Shown piece after piece: positions 19,984 to 30,494 of a stretch of DNA of 53,112 nucleotides. The DNA lies in the IMG/VR virus record IMGVR_UViG_3300027859_000022, positions 1 to 53,112 of that record; one strand, given 5' to 3'. Positions within the stretch are counted from its first letter, which is position 1. The number at the start of each line of letters is the position of its first letter. Source of the DNA: a virus (taxonomy: Duplodnaviria; Caudoviricetes). The notes under the pieces are model-generated. The model saw only the letters and a program-made list of their open reading frames with translations. It ran no database searches and was not told the DNA's origin. Both the position numbers and the translations under genes were made by a program.

Positions 19984-21138
19984 ATGGCTAGTTCATACGA
20001 AAACGATTTAAGATTGGAGGAAATGGGTACAGGAGAACAAATTGGTTCTTGGGGTACTACAACAAATACAAATTTAAGTCTGATTGCAGAGGCTTTTTCT
20101 TATCAAACAGAGGCAACTTTTAGTTCAGATGCAGATGTAACTGCAACAATAGCTGATGGAGCTTCAGATAAAGCTAGAGCTTTTTATTTAAAAGTTACAT
20201 CTTCAGGCAGTTTGTCTGCAACTAGAACTTTAACAATAGCTCCAAATACGCTGTCTAAAGTAATTTTTATTGAGAATGCCACTACAGGATCTCAATCTAT
20301 AAATATATCTCAAGGATCAGGTGCAAATGTAACTGTTGGTAATGGTCTTACAAAAGCATGTATTTTAGACGGAGGTGGTTCAGGTGCTGTAGTTTATGAT
20401 ATGTTTGATAAAATTGATTTAGGTGCTAATGCTAAATTAAATGGTGGAGATTTTGGTGTTACTGCATCTTCAACAACAACTTTTACCAATAAAACTTTTG
20501 ATGCAGACGCAACGGGTAATAGCTTAACTAATGTGGAAGATGCCAATATTAAATCAGGTGCTGCAATAGATGCTACTAAAATAGCAGATGGTTCAGTAAC
20601 AAGTACAGAGTTTCAATATATCAATACACTTTCATCTAACGCACAAACTCAAATAAATGCAAAATTAAGTAATACTGTTGATACTTATGCAACTTCAAGT
20701 GAAGGTGATGAAAGATTTTATTTTGCCAATAGTGGTGAAACTTATTACAAAGCAGATGGCAGTCATATTTTTAGGAATGCTTCAAATGCTAACATGGCTA
20801 CTATTGACACTAGCGGTAATTTTGTAGCTACAGGTAATGTTTCTGCTTATTCTGATTTAGCACTCAAAGAAGATATTTACCAAATTGAAAATGCCTTAGA
20901 AAAAGTAAAAAAATTAAGAGGTGTACATTTTACTCGTAAGTCCGACAATACAAAAGAAATTGGAGTTGTAGCTAACGAAGTAGAAAAAGTAATTCCAGAG
21001 CTAGTAGATGAACATCAAGATAAAGATTTAGGTGTAGTAAAAACTATGAAGTATGCAAATACTGTTGGTTTGTTAATTGAAGCGGTAAAAGATTTAAGCA
21101 AACAAGTAGAAGAATTAAAAAATGTCTCTAGCGACTAG
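19984..21138 (+). CDS. Tail fibre 2 with C-terminal intramolecular chaperone (peptidase S74)
   Basis: N-terminal GEQIGSWGTTTNTNL, then GNVSAYSDLALKEDI and GLLIEAVKDL. Confidence 0.85.
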   Translation: MASSYENDLRLEEMGTGEQIGSWGTTTNTNLSLIAEAFSYQTEATFSSDADVTATIADGASDKARAFYLKVTSSGSLSATRTLTIAPNTLSKVIFIENATTGSQSINISQGSGANVTVGNGLTKACILDGGGSGAVVYDMFDKIDLGANAKLNGGDFGVTASSTTTFTNKTFDADATGNSLTNVEDANIKSGAAIDATKIADGSVTSTEFQYINTLSSNAQTQINAKLSNTVDTYATSSEGDERFYFANSGETYYKADGSHIFRNASNANMATIDTSGNFVATGNVSAYSDLALKEDIYQIENALEKVKKLRGVHFTRKSDNTKEIGVVANEVEKVIPELVDEHQDKDLGVVKTMKYANTVGLLIEAVKDLSKQVEELKNVSSD

Positions 21139-21841
21139 CGGTTTAATAACTCTTGACCAAATACATCAAGAAGCAGGTGGTACAACCACAACGGCTTGTT
21201 CTATAAACGACCAAGACATAAGAAATTTATATGAAGCTCCTGGCAAAACTATAAATAACACTCAAGGAACTGCAATAGATTTTGGAGATTTTCATGGAGC
21301 TTCTAATGATCCAAGAATAAGCTTAACTGGCTCTCCAAGTTTAAATGGAACTTTAACTATTAACGAAAATTATCAAACAACTTACATAGTTAATAGCCAA
21401 ATAACTACAAGGTATAACGGGTTTGTTGCTAGTAGCTATGGTTCTTCAGGAAGCTCTGGAGGTGGCACAAAAGGAGCTTGGTTAAATGGTTCTGAAACTT
21501 GGATGAATGTAGGAGTGGAAGCTTTTTACTGTTATAGCACTCCATACGTTCTTGGTATGTTTAATCCTAATAATACTTATAGTTTTGTAATAGATAAGCC
21601 TGTTTTTAACTCTGGTTGGACTTCTATTTCTTTATATCATCCTTACAGTAATTATAGCAATCCTTATGTATTTACAAGAGCTTCTGCAAGTTATTCTTAT
21701 ACTCAATCGCAAACAGGAGTTACAATTTGGAGTTGGATATTAAATGCTGACCAATCCTCCGCTTCTAATAACTTATTACTTGGCTCTCCTAGAACTAATG
21801 CTCTTCAAGGGACAAGCTATCAAACTTTAGTAATAGCATGA
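21122..21841 (+). CDS. Fibre-associated putative receptor-binding protein 2
   Basis: MSLATSGLITLDQIHQEAGG...SINDQDIR. Follows the second S74 fibre. Confidence 0.6.
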   Translation: MSLATSGLITLDQIHQEAGGTTTTACSINDQDIRNLYEAPGKTINNTQGTAIDFGDFHGASNDPRISLTGSPSLNGTLTINENYQTTYIVNSQITTRYNGFVASSYGSSGSSGGGTKGAWLNGSETWMNVGVEAFYCYSTPYVLGMFNPNNTYSFVIDKPVFNSGWTSISLYHPYSNYSNPYVFTRASASYSYTQSQTGVTIWSWILNADQSSASNNLLLGSPRTNALQGTSYQTLVIA

Positions 21842-21857
21842 TATATTAGGAGGTATT

Positions 21858-21992
21858 ATGGAAATTATTATTTGGATAGGTCTATCTTTAATTATTGCAA
21901 AAGCTTTATTAAAAGCTGTAAGACCTGATATAAATAGATATGTAAACAATAAAACTAAAGACTATTGGAATAGTTTAAAGGATTATTTTTAA
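21858..21992 (+). CDS. Small membrane protein (44 aa)
   Basis: RBS AGGAGGT. MEIIIWIGLSLIIAKALL hydrophobic N-terminus. Confidence 0.7.
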   Translation: MEIIIWIGLSLIIAKALLKAVRPDINRYVNNKTKDYWNSLKDYF

Positions 21993-22201
21993 TGTCAAGA
22001 TCTACAGTAAACGAAGTTGACAAAAGGCTTTCAGCACATGAAGCTGCTTGTGAACAGCGTTGGCGAGAAAATTGGAGAAGATTGGAAAATATTGAAAATG
22101 GCATAATGTCTTTAAACAAACTGATTAGAAACAGTTTAATCTTTTCTCTTACTATATTTTTGGGAATTACAGGATTTCTAACAAAATTTATCTTTTTTTA
22201 A
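21992..22201 (+). CDS. Coiled-coil plus C-terminal TM protein (holin-like)
   Basis: LSAHEAACEQRW followed by a hydrophobic tail. Directly upstream of the lysozyme. Confidence 0.55.
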   Translation: MSRSTVNEVDKRLSAHEAACEQRWRENWRRLENIENGIMSLNKLIRNSLIFSLTIFLGITGFLTKFIFF

Positions 22202-22624
22202 ATGCAAGAACTTTTAAATCTGTTAAAGCTTCACGAAGGCTTTGTAAGCCATTGTTATGATTGTAGTGAAGGCTACAAAACTATTGGGTTTGGCAGACTT
22301 ATTGATAAAAAACTAGGCGGAGGTATTACGGAAGAGGAAGCAGAGTATTTACTCAAAAATGATGTAAATAAATCTGTAGTTGTTTTACAAAATAAATTAG
22401 ATTTTTTTTCAGAACTATCAGAAGTAAGAAAAACTGTTTTAATTGATATGTATTTTAATATGGGGAACAGATTGTTTAAATTTGAAAAGACACTTGAGCA
22501 TATTAAAAACAAAAATTTTACTAAAGCCGCAGAAGAAATGTTGAACAGCAGATGGGCTGGCCAAGTTGGTCAAAGAGCTGTAAGGCTTTCAGAAATGATG
22601 GAGTCTGATGAATACCCTTTTTGA
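22202..22624 (+). CDS. Lysozyme/endolysin (GH24, T4 lysozyme-like)
   Basis: HEG-x6-D-x5-TIGFG catalytic pattern, MYFNMG and EMLNSRWAGQ. Confidence 0.9.
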   Translation: MQELLNLLKLHEGFVSHCYDCSEGYKTIGFGRLIDKKLGGGITEEEAEYLLKNDVNKSVVVLQNKLDFFSELSEVRKTVLIDMYFNMGNRLFKFEKTLEHIKNKNFTKAAEEMLNSRWAGQVGQRAVRLSEMMESDEYPF

Positions 22625-23058
22625 ATATGACTCGCCAAACAGAACGGATTGGAAGATCAGGCGAATACGCAGTCGCTAGTTTTTTAAGTTTAGAAAGCGA
22701 TACCGTTCATGTCTTACCACATGGTAGTCACGCTGACATAATATTTGAAATAAATGACATTATGTACAAATGCCAAGTAAAAACTTGTTCTAAAAAGAAA
22801 ATGTGTCATAAAACTCACAAAAGAGTAAATTGGTGTTTTGACATGCGTAGAGGGGCTAATACAAAGCTTAGAGATTATAAAAAAGGTATGGTTGACCTTT
22901 ATGCTTTTTATTGTTTGGAATACAATACAATAGTATTTAAAATTTTTAAGGATGGCAAAAGAACAAAAATAACTTTTAAAGACTTTCTTATGAAAAACAT
23001 AAATTCTAAAGAAAGTTTGTATGATGCTCTTGATAAAATAAAAAATGGCTTTAATTAA
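22621..23058 (+). CDS. PD-(D/E)XK endonuclease
   Basis: GRSGE...ADII...CQVKT motif arrangement. Confidence 0.7.
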   Translation: MNMTRQTERIGRSGEYAVASFLSLESDTVHVLPHGSHADIIFEINDIMYKCQVKTCSKKKMCHKTHKRVNWCFDMRRGANTKLRDYKKGMVDLYAFYCLEYNTIVFKIFKDGKRTKITFKDFLMKNINSKESLYDALDKIKNGFN

Positions 23059-24907
23059 GTATAAATTCAAACCTGGTATAAATAGAGAAGGAACTTCTTA
23101 TTCTAATGAAGGGGGTTGGTTTGATTGTAATTTAGTTAGATTTAGAATGGGATTACCTGAAAAATTTGGTGGTTGGGCTAAATTAGTAACTTCTACCTTC
23201 AAAGGTACTGCACGTTCTCTATTTAATTGGATTGCTCTTGATGGTGCTAGATATTTAGGGATAGGAACGCATTTAAAATTTTATATACAATCAGGATCTT
23301 CTTTTCACGATATTACACCTATAAGAAAAACTGTATCAGGAAGTATAACCTTTACCAAAACAACTAATGGTTCTAGTTCGATAAAAGTAACTGATGCTGG
23401 ACATGGTGCTAACCCTGGAGATTTTGTAACTTATAGTGGTGCAAGTACCTTGGGTGGAAACATAACCGCAGCAGTTTTAAATCAAGAGTATCAAATACAG
23501 TCTATTTCAACTGCAAACGGTAATGAATATTTTATAAATGCAGTTGATACAAGTGGCAACGCTGTAACAGCTAATTCAAGTGACAACACTAGCGGAAGTG
23601 CAAATGCTGAATACCAAATTATAACAGGCTTGGATGTTTTTGTAGAAGGTACTGGTTGGGGTTCTGGTGCTTGGAGTGCAGGTGGTTGGGGATCATCTAG
23701 TCCTCTTTCTGCTTCAAACCAATTAAGAATTTGGTCGCAAGATAACTACGGAGAAGATTTAGTTATGGGCGTTAGAGGAGGAGGTATTTTTAGATGGGAT
23801 GAATCTTCTGGTACAAACACAAGAGCTGTTGAATTAAGTTCAATTACTGGAGCAAATTTAGTTCCAACTAAATGTATTAAAGTTTTAACTTCTGAAACGA
23901 ATAGACACTTAATAGTTTTAGGAGCAGATCCTATAAGTTCAGGAGTTCGTACAGGTGCTTTAGATCCTATGTTAGTTGCCTTTTCTTCTTCAGAAGATTT
24001 GTTAGATTTTGAGCCAAGAACAACAAATACCGCAGGTAGTGTAAGACTTTCGTCAGGTTCTCAGATTGTTGGTGGGATAAAAGCTAGACAAGAAGTTGTT
24101 ATTTTTACTGATACTTCAATTTACAGTATGACAAATATAGGGCCGCCTTTGGTTTTTGCTATTAATCTAATTGATGAAGCTGCTGGATTAATAGGCCCTA
24201 ACGCTTGTGTAAATGGCCCAGAGGGTGTTTATTTTATGGGTAAAGATGCTTTTTATGTTTATAAAGGAGCAGTTAGCGAATTACCTTGTACCGTAAAAAA
24301 TTATGTTTTTTCAGATTTTAATACAGCACAAGCATACAAGACTTTTGCTTTTACTAATAAACAACATTCTGAAATAGGTTGGTTCTATCCTAGTAGCTCC
24401 TCTCAAGAAAACGATAGGTATGTTATTTACAACTACCAAGAAGCAGTTTGGTATTATGGGCAGCTTACTAGAACATGTTGGTTAGATACAGGAGTTGTAT
24501 CTTATCCACAAGCTACTGCTAATAATTACTTATATCAGCACGAAGTTGGGTTTAATGATGATGGTAGTGAAATGCAAAATGTATTTATTGAGTCTGGTGA
24601 TTTAGATATACAAGATGGAGAAAACTTTTCTTTTTTAAAAAGGCTAGTACCTGATGTCAAGTTTCTTACAAGCGATAGTTCAACTAATGTAAATATAGAA
24701 ACTAAGGTTAGAAACTTTCCTGGCGACAGTCTTTCTTCTGTAGCAACTTCAACTATCAGCCCAACTACAAAACAATCCCATATAAGAGGCAGAGGGAGGC
24801 AAGTGGTTTTTAAAATTAAATCAAATGATGGTGATTCAGGAAATGATGGAGTTGGATGGAGATTAGGAGATACTAGATTAGACATACAGCCTGATGGCAG
24901 AAGATAA
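23045..24907 (+). CDS. Tail nozzle/DNA stabilisation protein
   Basis: 620 aa beta-rich protein. FKPGINRE, NTAGSVRL and WRLGDTRLDIQPDGRR. Precedes the ejection genes. Confidence 0.7.
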   Translation: MALIKYKFKPGINREGTSYSNEGGWFDCNLVRFRMGLPEKFGGWAKLVTSTFKGTARSLFNWIALDGARYLGIGTHLKFYIQSGSSFHDITPIRKTVSGSITFTKTTNGSSSIKVTDAGHGANPGDFVTYSGASTLGGNITAAVLNQEYQIQSISTANGNEYFINAVDTSGNAVTANSSDNTSGSANAEYQIITGLDVFVEGTGWGSGAWSAGGWGSSSPLSASNQLRIWSQDNYGEDLVMGVRGGGIFRWDESSGTNTRAVELSSITGANLVPTKCIKVLTSETNRHLIVLGADPISSGVRTGALDPMLVAFSSSEDLLDFEPRTTNTAGSVRLSSGSQIVGGIKARQEVVIFTDTSIYSMTNIGPPLVFAINLIDEAAGLIGPNACVNGPEGVYFMGKDAFYVYKGAVSELPCTVKNYVFSDFNTAQAYKTFAFTNKQHSEIGWFYPSSSSQENDRYVIYNYQEAVWYYGQLTRTCWLDTGVVSYPQATANNYLYQHEVGFNDDGSEMQNVFIESGDLDIQDGENFSFLKRLVPDVKFLTSDSSTNVNIETKVRNFPGDSLSSVATSTISPTTKQSHIRGRGRQVVFKIKSNDGDSGNDGVGWRLGDTRLDIQPDGRR

Positions 24908-25296
24908 TGTCCAGATTATTAAAAACAGCTTTGCCTTTTGCTACAACAGAAGTTTCTCCACAACTTTATAATAGATTAGTAAGAATACTTGAGTTAAATG
25001 TAGGTAGCTTTGATCCTGATAGGACACCACACTTCACACAAACTGAATTAAATACTTTAGATTTTCAAGAAGGTGATGTAATATGGAATACAACTGTTGG
25101 CTCTTTACAAGCTTATTTAGGCAACAGATTTGTTCAGTTAACAGAACCAACTGTAAAAAGTGCTGGTTTTGAACTGCTTGGCTCAGTAGGTACGTTGAAA
25201 ACAACTGTAAAAAGTTCTGGTTTTGTACTGCTTGGCTCAGTAGGTACGTTAAAAATAGACGTAAAACTTAGTGGTGGTATTAAAATAGAGTTGTAG
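24907..25296 (+). CDS. Hypothetical virion protein
   Basis: EGDVIWNTT. Contains a 54-bp imperfect in-frame tandem repeat. Confidence 0.65.
   Translation: MSRLLKTALPFATTEVSPQLYNRLVRILELNVGSFDPDRTPHFTQTELNTLDFQEGDVIWNTTVGSLQAYLGNRFVQLTEPTVKSAGFELLGSVGTLKTTVKSSGFVLLGSVGTLKIDVKLSGGIKIEL
25148..25254. repeat. 54-bp imperfect tandem duplication
   Basis: caactgtaaaaagt(g/t)ctggttttg(a/t)actgcttggctcagtaggtacgtt starts at 25148 and again at 25202. Confidence 0.9.
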
Positions 25297-25326
25297 CCCC
25301 ACTATTGCTTATAATAAAATAACAAG

Positions 25327-27457
25327 ATGAATGAACAAATAACTGGTCTTGCAAGTTTAGGAAGATACGAAGATAACAGAATAGCACACGTTGCTGATGG
25401 GGAAATGATTGTTCCACCATTAGCTATTTCTTTAGCTACGAGAAGGCAAATATTCAGAGACATGTTAAATCAGGGCATTAACCCTGCTAATTATATTGTG
25501 GGTAGCTCTATGGGTATCAACCCTAATTCAGGATTGCCAGAGTTTTTTTTAAAAAAACTTGTAAAAAAAATAATAAAACCAGTAAAAAAAGTAGTTAAAT
25601 TTCAAACAGGATTAGTAAAAAAAGTAGTCAAAAGTAAATTATTTAAAAAATTAGCACCTTATGCAGGAATAATAGCAGCTCCTTTTACAGGAGGATTATC
25701 TGCAGCTTTAATTGGAGGTCTAGGTGGTTTAGCCTCAGGTAAAGGTTTGAAAGGTGGAATTATGGGAGCTCTTGGAGGATTTGGTGCTAGTGCTGCTTTA
25801 GGAAAATTAGGACTTACAGCTTCTGCTATTAAAGGGGCTGGTGGATTAGGTGCTGCTTTAAAAGCCGTTCCTGCTAAATTAGGATTAGGTAGTGGTGGTA
25901 TTAAAAGTTTATTTGCAGGTAAAGGCGGTTTTAGTAGTCTTTTAGGAGGAGGAAGCGGTACAGGAGGTTTTAGTAGTCTTTTAGGAGGAGGAAGCGGTAC
26001 AGGAGGTTTTAGTAGTCTTTTAGGAGATATCAAGTTTACTTGGATCAAGTCAAAGCCCTCTTATGACATTAGCAAAAAGTGCAATATCAGGAGATTCTAA
26101 TCCTTTAAAAACTCTTGCATTAGGCAGAATGGGTAGATCAAGTAATCCATTATTAAGAATGGTTAGTAATGCTTATGGTCAACAAGTAAGCGATCCTAAT
26201 GATCCAGACGCAATGAATCGTGAGTACGATCTTTATAATGAAAATCTCATGAAACAATTTTACGACCAACAAATGAAAAATGCCGCTGGAGTTGCTGTTC
26301 CAGCAGGAGCATTAAGTTATTACGCAGCAAAAAAAGAAGCTGACAATCCTTTACAAGATGTAAGAGACACCATTAGACCAGATTTAAGAATGGCTGATGT
26401 ATATGGTCAAGGGGGCTTTGATTTAGGATTTAAAGGTTATTCTGACGGTGGGCCAGTTAGGGCTTTACAAAATAACCCTTTATTTAAATTTAGAAGAGCT
26501 TTGCCTTCATATAGCCCTGATGCAAAATTTATAGATGGTGTGGGTATTGAAGATGTTGCTAAAGATGTAGGTTCTTCTTTGTATGACATATATCAAATAA
26601 CTCAAAGTCCTGAACAAATTGGTGTTCTTGCAGCTAGAGCTCAACAAGATTTTGGAAAAGTTATGGCAGAAGCTCAAGAACTTTTTAATGATGGAACTAA
26701 ACCTATTCAAGAATTTGTAGATAAAGTAAGACAAGGTTATAGAATGGAAAAAGAAAAAGAAATGATAGGGTATTCTGGAGGTGGAGAAGTTTTAGAAAAA
26801 AGGTTAGCTCCAGGTTCTTTAGCAGCACCAGCAAGAGGTGTATTAGCTCCAAGTTCTTTAGCAGCAGCAGGAAGAGGTGCATTAGCCCCAGCTCAATCCA
26901 CTTTATATGCAGCGGCAAGAGGTGCATTTCCAATAGCTAGTATGGCAGCAAGATTTAATCCTTATGGTGCTGCTCTTGGTAGTGCTATTTCATTATATAG
27001 TTTATATAAAATGTCTCAAGATCCTGAACAAGTTGGAGCTCTTGCAGCTAGAGCTCAAAAAGATTTTGAAGAAACTATGGCAGAAGCCCAACAAATTTTT
27101 AATGATGGAACTCAGCCAATCAAAGAATTTATAGATAAAGTAAGACAAGGCTATATGACGGAAAAAGAAAGAGAAATGACAGGTTATGCTGAAGGCGGAG
27201 AAGTTTTAGATATGAGAGATGGCGGAGAATCTATTGGACCAGGAACAGGAACTTCTGACGACATACCAGCTATGTTATCTGATGGTGAGTTTGTTATGAC
27301 TGCTTCTGCTAATAATGGTATGGGCGGTTATAAAATTACTAAAGAAAAAGATAGTCTAACTCTAATACCAAACGGTAAGCCAAGTAGAAAAAAAGGTGCA
27401 CAGAATATGATGAACCTTATGAAAACTTTTGAAAAATACAACGAAGGTAAAGCATAA
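25327..27457 (+). CDS. Putative ejection/internal virion protein, one gene split by a frameshift near 26026
   Basis: ORFs 25327..26100 and 26063..27457. The second frame reads ISSLLGSSQSPLM upstream of its ATG, continuing the SSLLG repeat. Motifs AHVADGEMIVP, INPNSGLPEF and GPGTGTSDDIPAMLSDGEFV. Confidence 0.7.
25924..26026. repeat. 39-bp tandem repeat (about 2.6 copies, GGFSSLLGGGSGT)
   Basis: ggttttagtagtcttttaggag occurs three times with a 39-nt period. Confidence 0.9.
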
Positions 27458-28518
27458 TGAGTTACGGCATACCCACTCTTGCACCTGGACAAAAAGTATC
27501 TGACGTTATAGGAGATCCTTATACCCGAAGTTTATACTTTGGCACAAGCACAACTCCTGGTTTTATAAACCAACTGCAACAAGTTGCTAGAAAAAGATTT
27601 GCTGAACCTCTTCCTGAGTTAAAAATAACAGACCTAACAGATTTAGAACAAGCAGGATTAGATAGATTAAAAAGTGGTATTGGTGGTTACGAAAGATTTC
27701 TAACTTCAGGTGAAGATCAATTAAGTGCAATAAGAAATCTACAAGATCCTTTTGCTTTCAGACAATTTGAAAGTCCTTACCAACAAGCAGTAATTGATCA
27801 AGCTACTGAGGATGCAATAAGAGGCTTTGATATGTCTGAGAATCGTAGAAGATTTAGAGATTTACAAACAGGCGGAGAATCTGCTTTTGGCTCAAGAGCA
27901 AGATTAGGTGCACAAGACAGAATGGAAGAATTTAGCAGAGGTTTGACCAAAGAACTTGCAGGTTTGAGACAAGCTGGCTATCAGGATTCTTTACAAAGAG
28001 TTCAAGATCAAATTAACACAAGAAGAAATTTATTTGGAGACTTCAGAAATCTTGCGGGAGATACTCAAAGATTATCTCAGGCAGGAATTCAAAATATTAT
28101 GAGTATAGGTAACCTTCCTAGAAAATTAGATGACGCTAGAAACTTAGCAGCTTTCAATAGGGCAACTTTACAAAGAAATGATCCTTTGGCTGTTATGCAG
28201 GGCTTGAGTCAAATTTTGCCAAATTATTCTCCATCTACAGCTACAGTAGATTCACAATACGGCAGGAGACCAAATCCTACAGCAGTAGGTTTGGGTAGTT
28301 TTTTAAATACTTTTTCTCAATTTATGCCTAACTTAAATACATTTCCTAGACAGCCTATGGAGCCTAATGTTTATGGTCAAAACCCTACTAATCAAAACAA
28401 CCAACCACAAGCTCAAAATGTTCCGCAAAATAATCAACCTATTTCTATTTATAATCCTCAAAACAATTCGCAAACACAACCTTATGGATATTATAATCCT
28501 GCTCCTCAATATTTCTAA
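27457..28518 (+). CDS. Putative DNA ejection protein
   Basis: FESPYQQAVID, AFGSRA and LRQAGYQD. Q/N/P-rich tail. Confidence 0.6.
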   Translation: MSYGIPTLAPGQKVSDVIGDPYTRSLYFGTSTTPGFINQLQQVARKRFAEPLPELKITDLTDLEQAGLDRLKSGIGGYERFLTSGEDQLSAIRNLQDPFAFRQFESPYQQAVIDQATEDAIRGFDMSENRRRFRDLQTGGESAFGSRARLGAQDRMEEFSRGLTKELAGLRQAGYQDSLQRVQDQINTRRNLFGDFRNLAGDTQRLSQAGIQNIMSIGNLPRKLDDARNLAAFNRATLQRNDPLAVMQGLSQILPNYSPSTATVDSQYGRRPNPTAVGLGSFLNTFSQFMPNLNTFPRQPMEPNVYGQNPTNQNNQPQAQNVPQNNQPISIYNPQNNSQTQPYGYYNPAPQYF

Positions 28519-30490
28519 TGGCAATAACAGATAGAGAAATGTTTCGACAAACTTCAATTATAAGTCCTGATGTTACTGTTATTGGAGAAAGTGGAGGTGG
28601 AGTAAGGCCACAAAAAGTCCTGATGTTACTGTTATTGGAGAAAGTGGAGGTGGAGTAAGGCCACAAATAGATATTCCGCCACCTTCTGCTGAGATAGATA
28701 TTGGCGGTTTTGATCAGCCAGAGTTTGAGGTTAATCCTATTATTAGCGGTTTAACTTTAGACAAAAATGTCAATCCAGATATACCTGACACTAGCAATCA
28801 AATAATTTTATCTACAGGTGAAGTTATAACTATTAATCCCGAAAAATTAAAAAACATTGTAAATAGTGATTCGATTTTTACTTTAGATGTTTTTGGAATG
28901 TTAAATAATCCTAAAGTAACTCTAGGCAGTAATGTAAGAAGTATTTTACAAGAGGCTATGGGAGGTAGAGAATCATCAATAAATTATGATGATTATATAG
29001 GAGGTGTAGGTAATATACCAGCAGATATACATCTTTTGGGAAGGATGTTTAAGGAAAGAGGACTTCAAACCGCAGAAGATATGCTTAATTTCTTTGGTAG
29101 CAATATAGATGCAATTATAAAAAATCCTCAACTTAGAGGTTTATATAAGAAAAAATTAGAAGAGGAACAAATGGAAAGAATTTCCAAAGGAGAGATTCCT
29201 GAATATGTACCTTTTGATTTTTTTAAATCTCCTTTGAGAGAAGGCGATATGTCTTATGTTGAAGCTCAACTTTCAGGTATGAAAAATCCTGAAGAGCTAG
29301 ATGAAATGTATAGAGCAGCTCAATTACAAAGCGAAATTGACGATTTAGATAAACCTAGTCAAACAGACATGGAATCTGATGTAACCGAAGAGTTACCTAC
29401 AGAAGAAATAGCAGCTAACACCATTGAAACACAAGATAGTGTGGATGAGCTTCCTTCTGATGTAGATACTCAAGCTGACTTAGAACGAAGAATAAAAGAG
29501 GGTCAAGCACAAGCTGAATTAGATAAAGTGGACAGATCTACTTTGACCAAAAAAGAAAGAGAAGATAGGATTAGAGAAGATATAGACGAAACTGAATTTG
29601 TAGTAAGTAAAGAGCAACAAGATAAGTTTTTTGCTGATGAACAAAAGTACATAAAAGATTTAGCTATTGCAGAAACTTTTGGTGGTCAAAAATTCAAAGA
29701 TTACTTAGGCAGTATAGGTAAACAGTTGGTAAGAACTGGATCATTTATGGGAATACCATTAGGTACAGCAGACTTTGTAGAAAGTGAAGAAGGCAAAAGA
29801 GCTGCTGAAGCTAAACTAGAAGGTGAATTTGCTATAGAACAATTAAAGCAAACTGGCGAAGATACTAGTGGAATAGAATTAAAACCATCTGAATTTTTGA
29901 AAGTAGGTGCTGAAATACAAGAAGAAGTACCTTTCTTTGAAGGAAATATTCAAGCAGTAAAACTTTTAGAAAAAGCTATAGATATTGTTGAAAAAAATCC
30001 AGACACAGTTACTGGTGCTAGGGGATTGTTTTCAAAGTATGTGGATGATGTAAGAAACTTGATGGGAATGGGTGTAACGAATTTTGATAAATTGCCACCG
30101 TATGTACAAGTTGCGACTATTATTGAAACTATAAGACAAAAAAACCTACAAGCTGTTTTAGGCGAATCAGGAAGAACTATTTCAGATAGAGATAGGCAAA
30201 TTATAACTAAAGTGTTTGGTGATTTAAGAAGTGGTTTTGCTTCTACTGGAGAATTGAAAAAACTTTTACTTCAATCTTTGGCTGGTTTTAAAGAAAGTGG
30301 CAAAGCTTACCAAGTTAGCATAAGAAGTAACTTAGCTATGGTGAAAGCAGATCCTAGATATAGAGCACAAGCTGAGCCTTATTATGATCCTAAATTTGAT
30401 AAATATAATTTAGATTATGACGCTTTGACTGAAGCTATAATAAATACTAAGAGACTTTTAGATACTGATATTATTGATATAGATTTGTAA
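28518..30490 (+). CDS. Putative ejection protein, frameshifted by a 53-bp duplication
   Basis: ATG 28518 overlaps the previous stop. Removing one 53-bp copy joins it in frame to ORF 28898..30490. Contains VLGESGRTISDRDR. Confidence 0.7.
28562..28667. repeat. 53-bp exact tandem duplication
   Basis: aagtcctgatgttactgttattggagaaagtggaggtggagtaaggccacaaa at 28562 and 28615. Confidence 0.95.
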
Positions 30491-30494
30491 TGAC

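Noticed and set aside
25148-25254. 54-bp repeat pair as a diversity-generating retroelement template and variable repeat
   Set aside because: The differences are not adenine-specific, the copies are adjacent and in frame, and no reverse transcriptase is visible.
25659-26048. Minus-strand proline-rich ORF
   Set aside because: It is the antisense shadow of the glycine-rich plus-strand gene.
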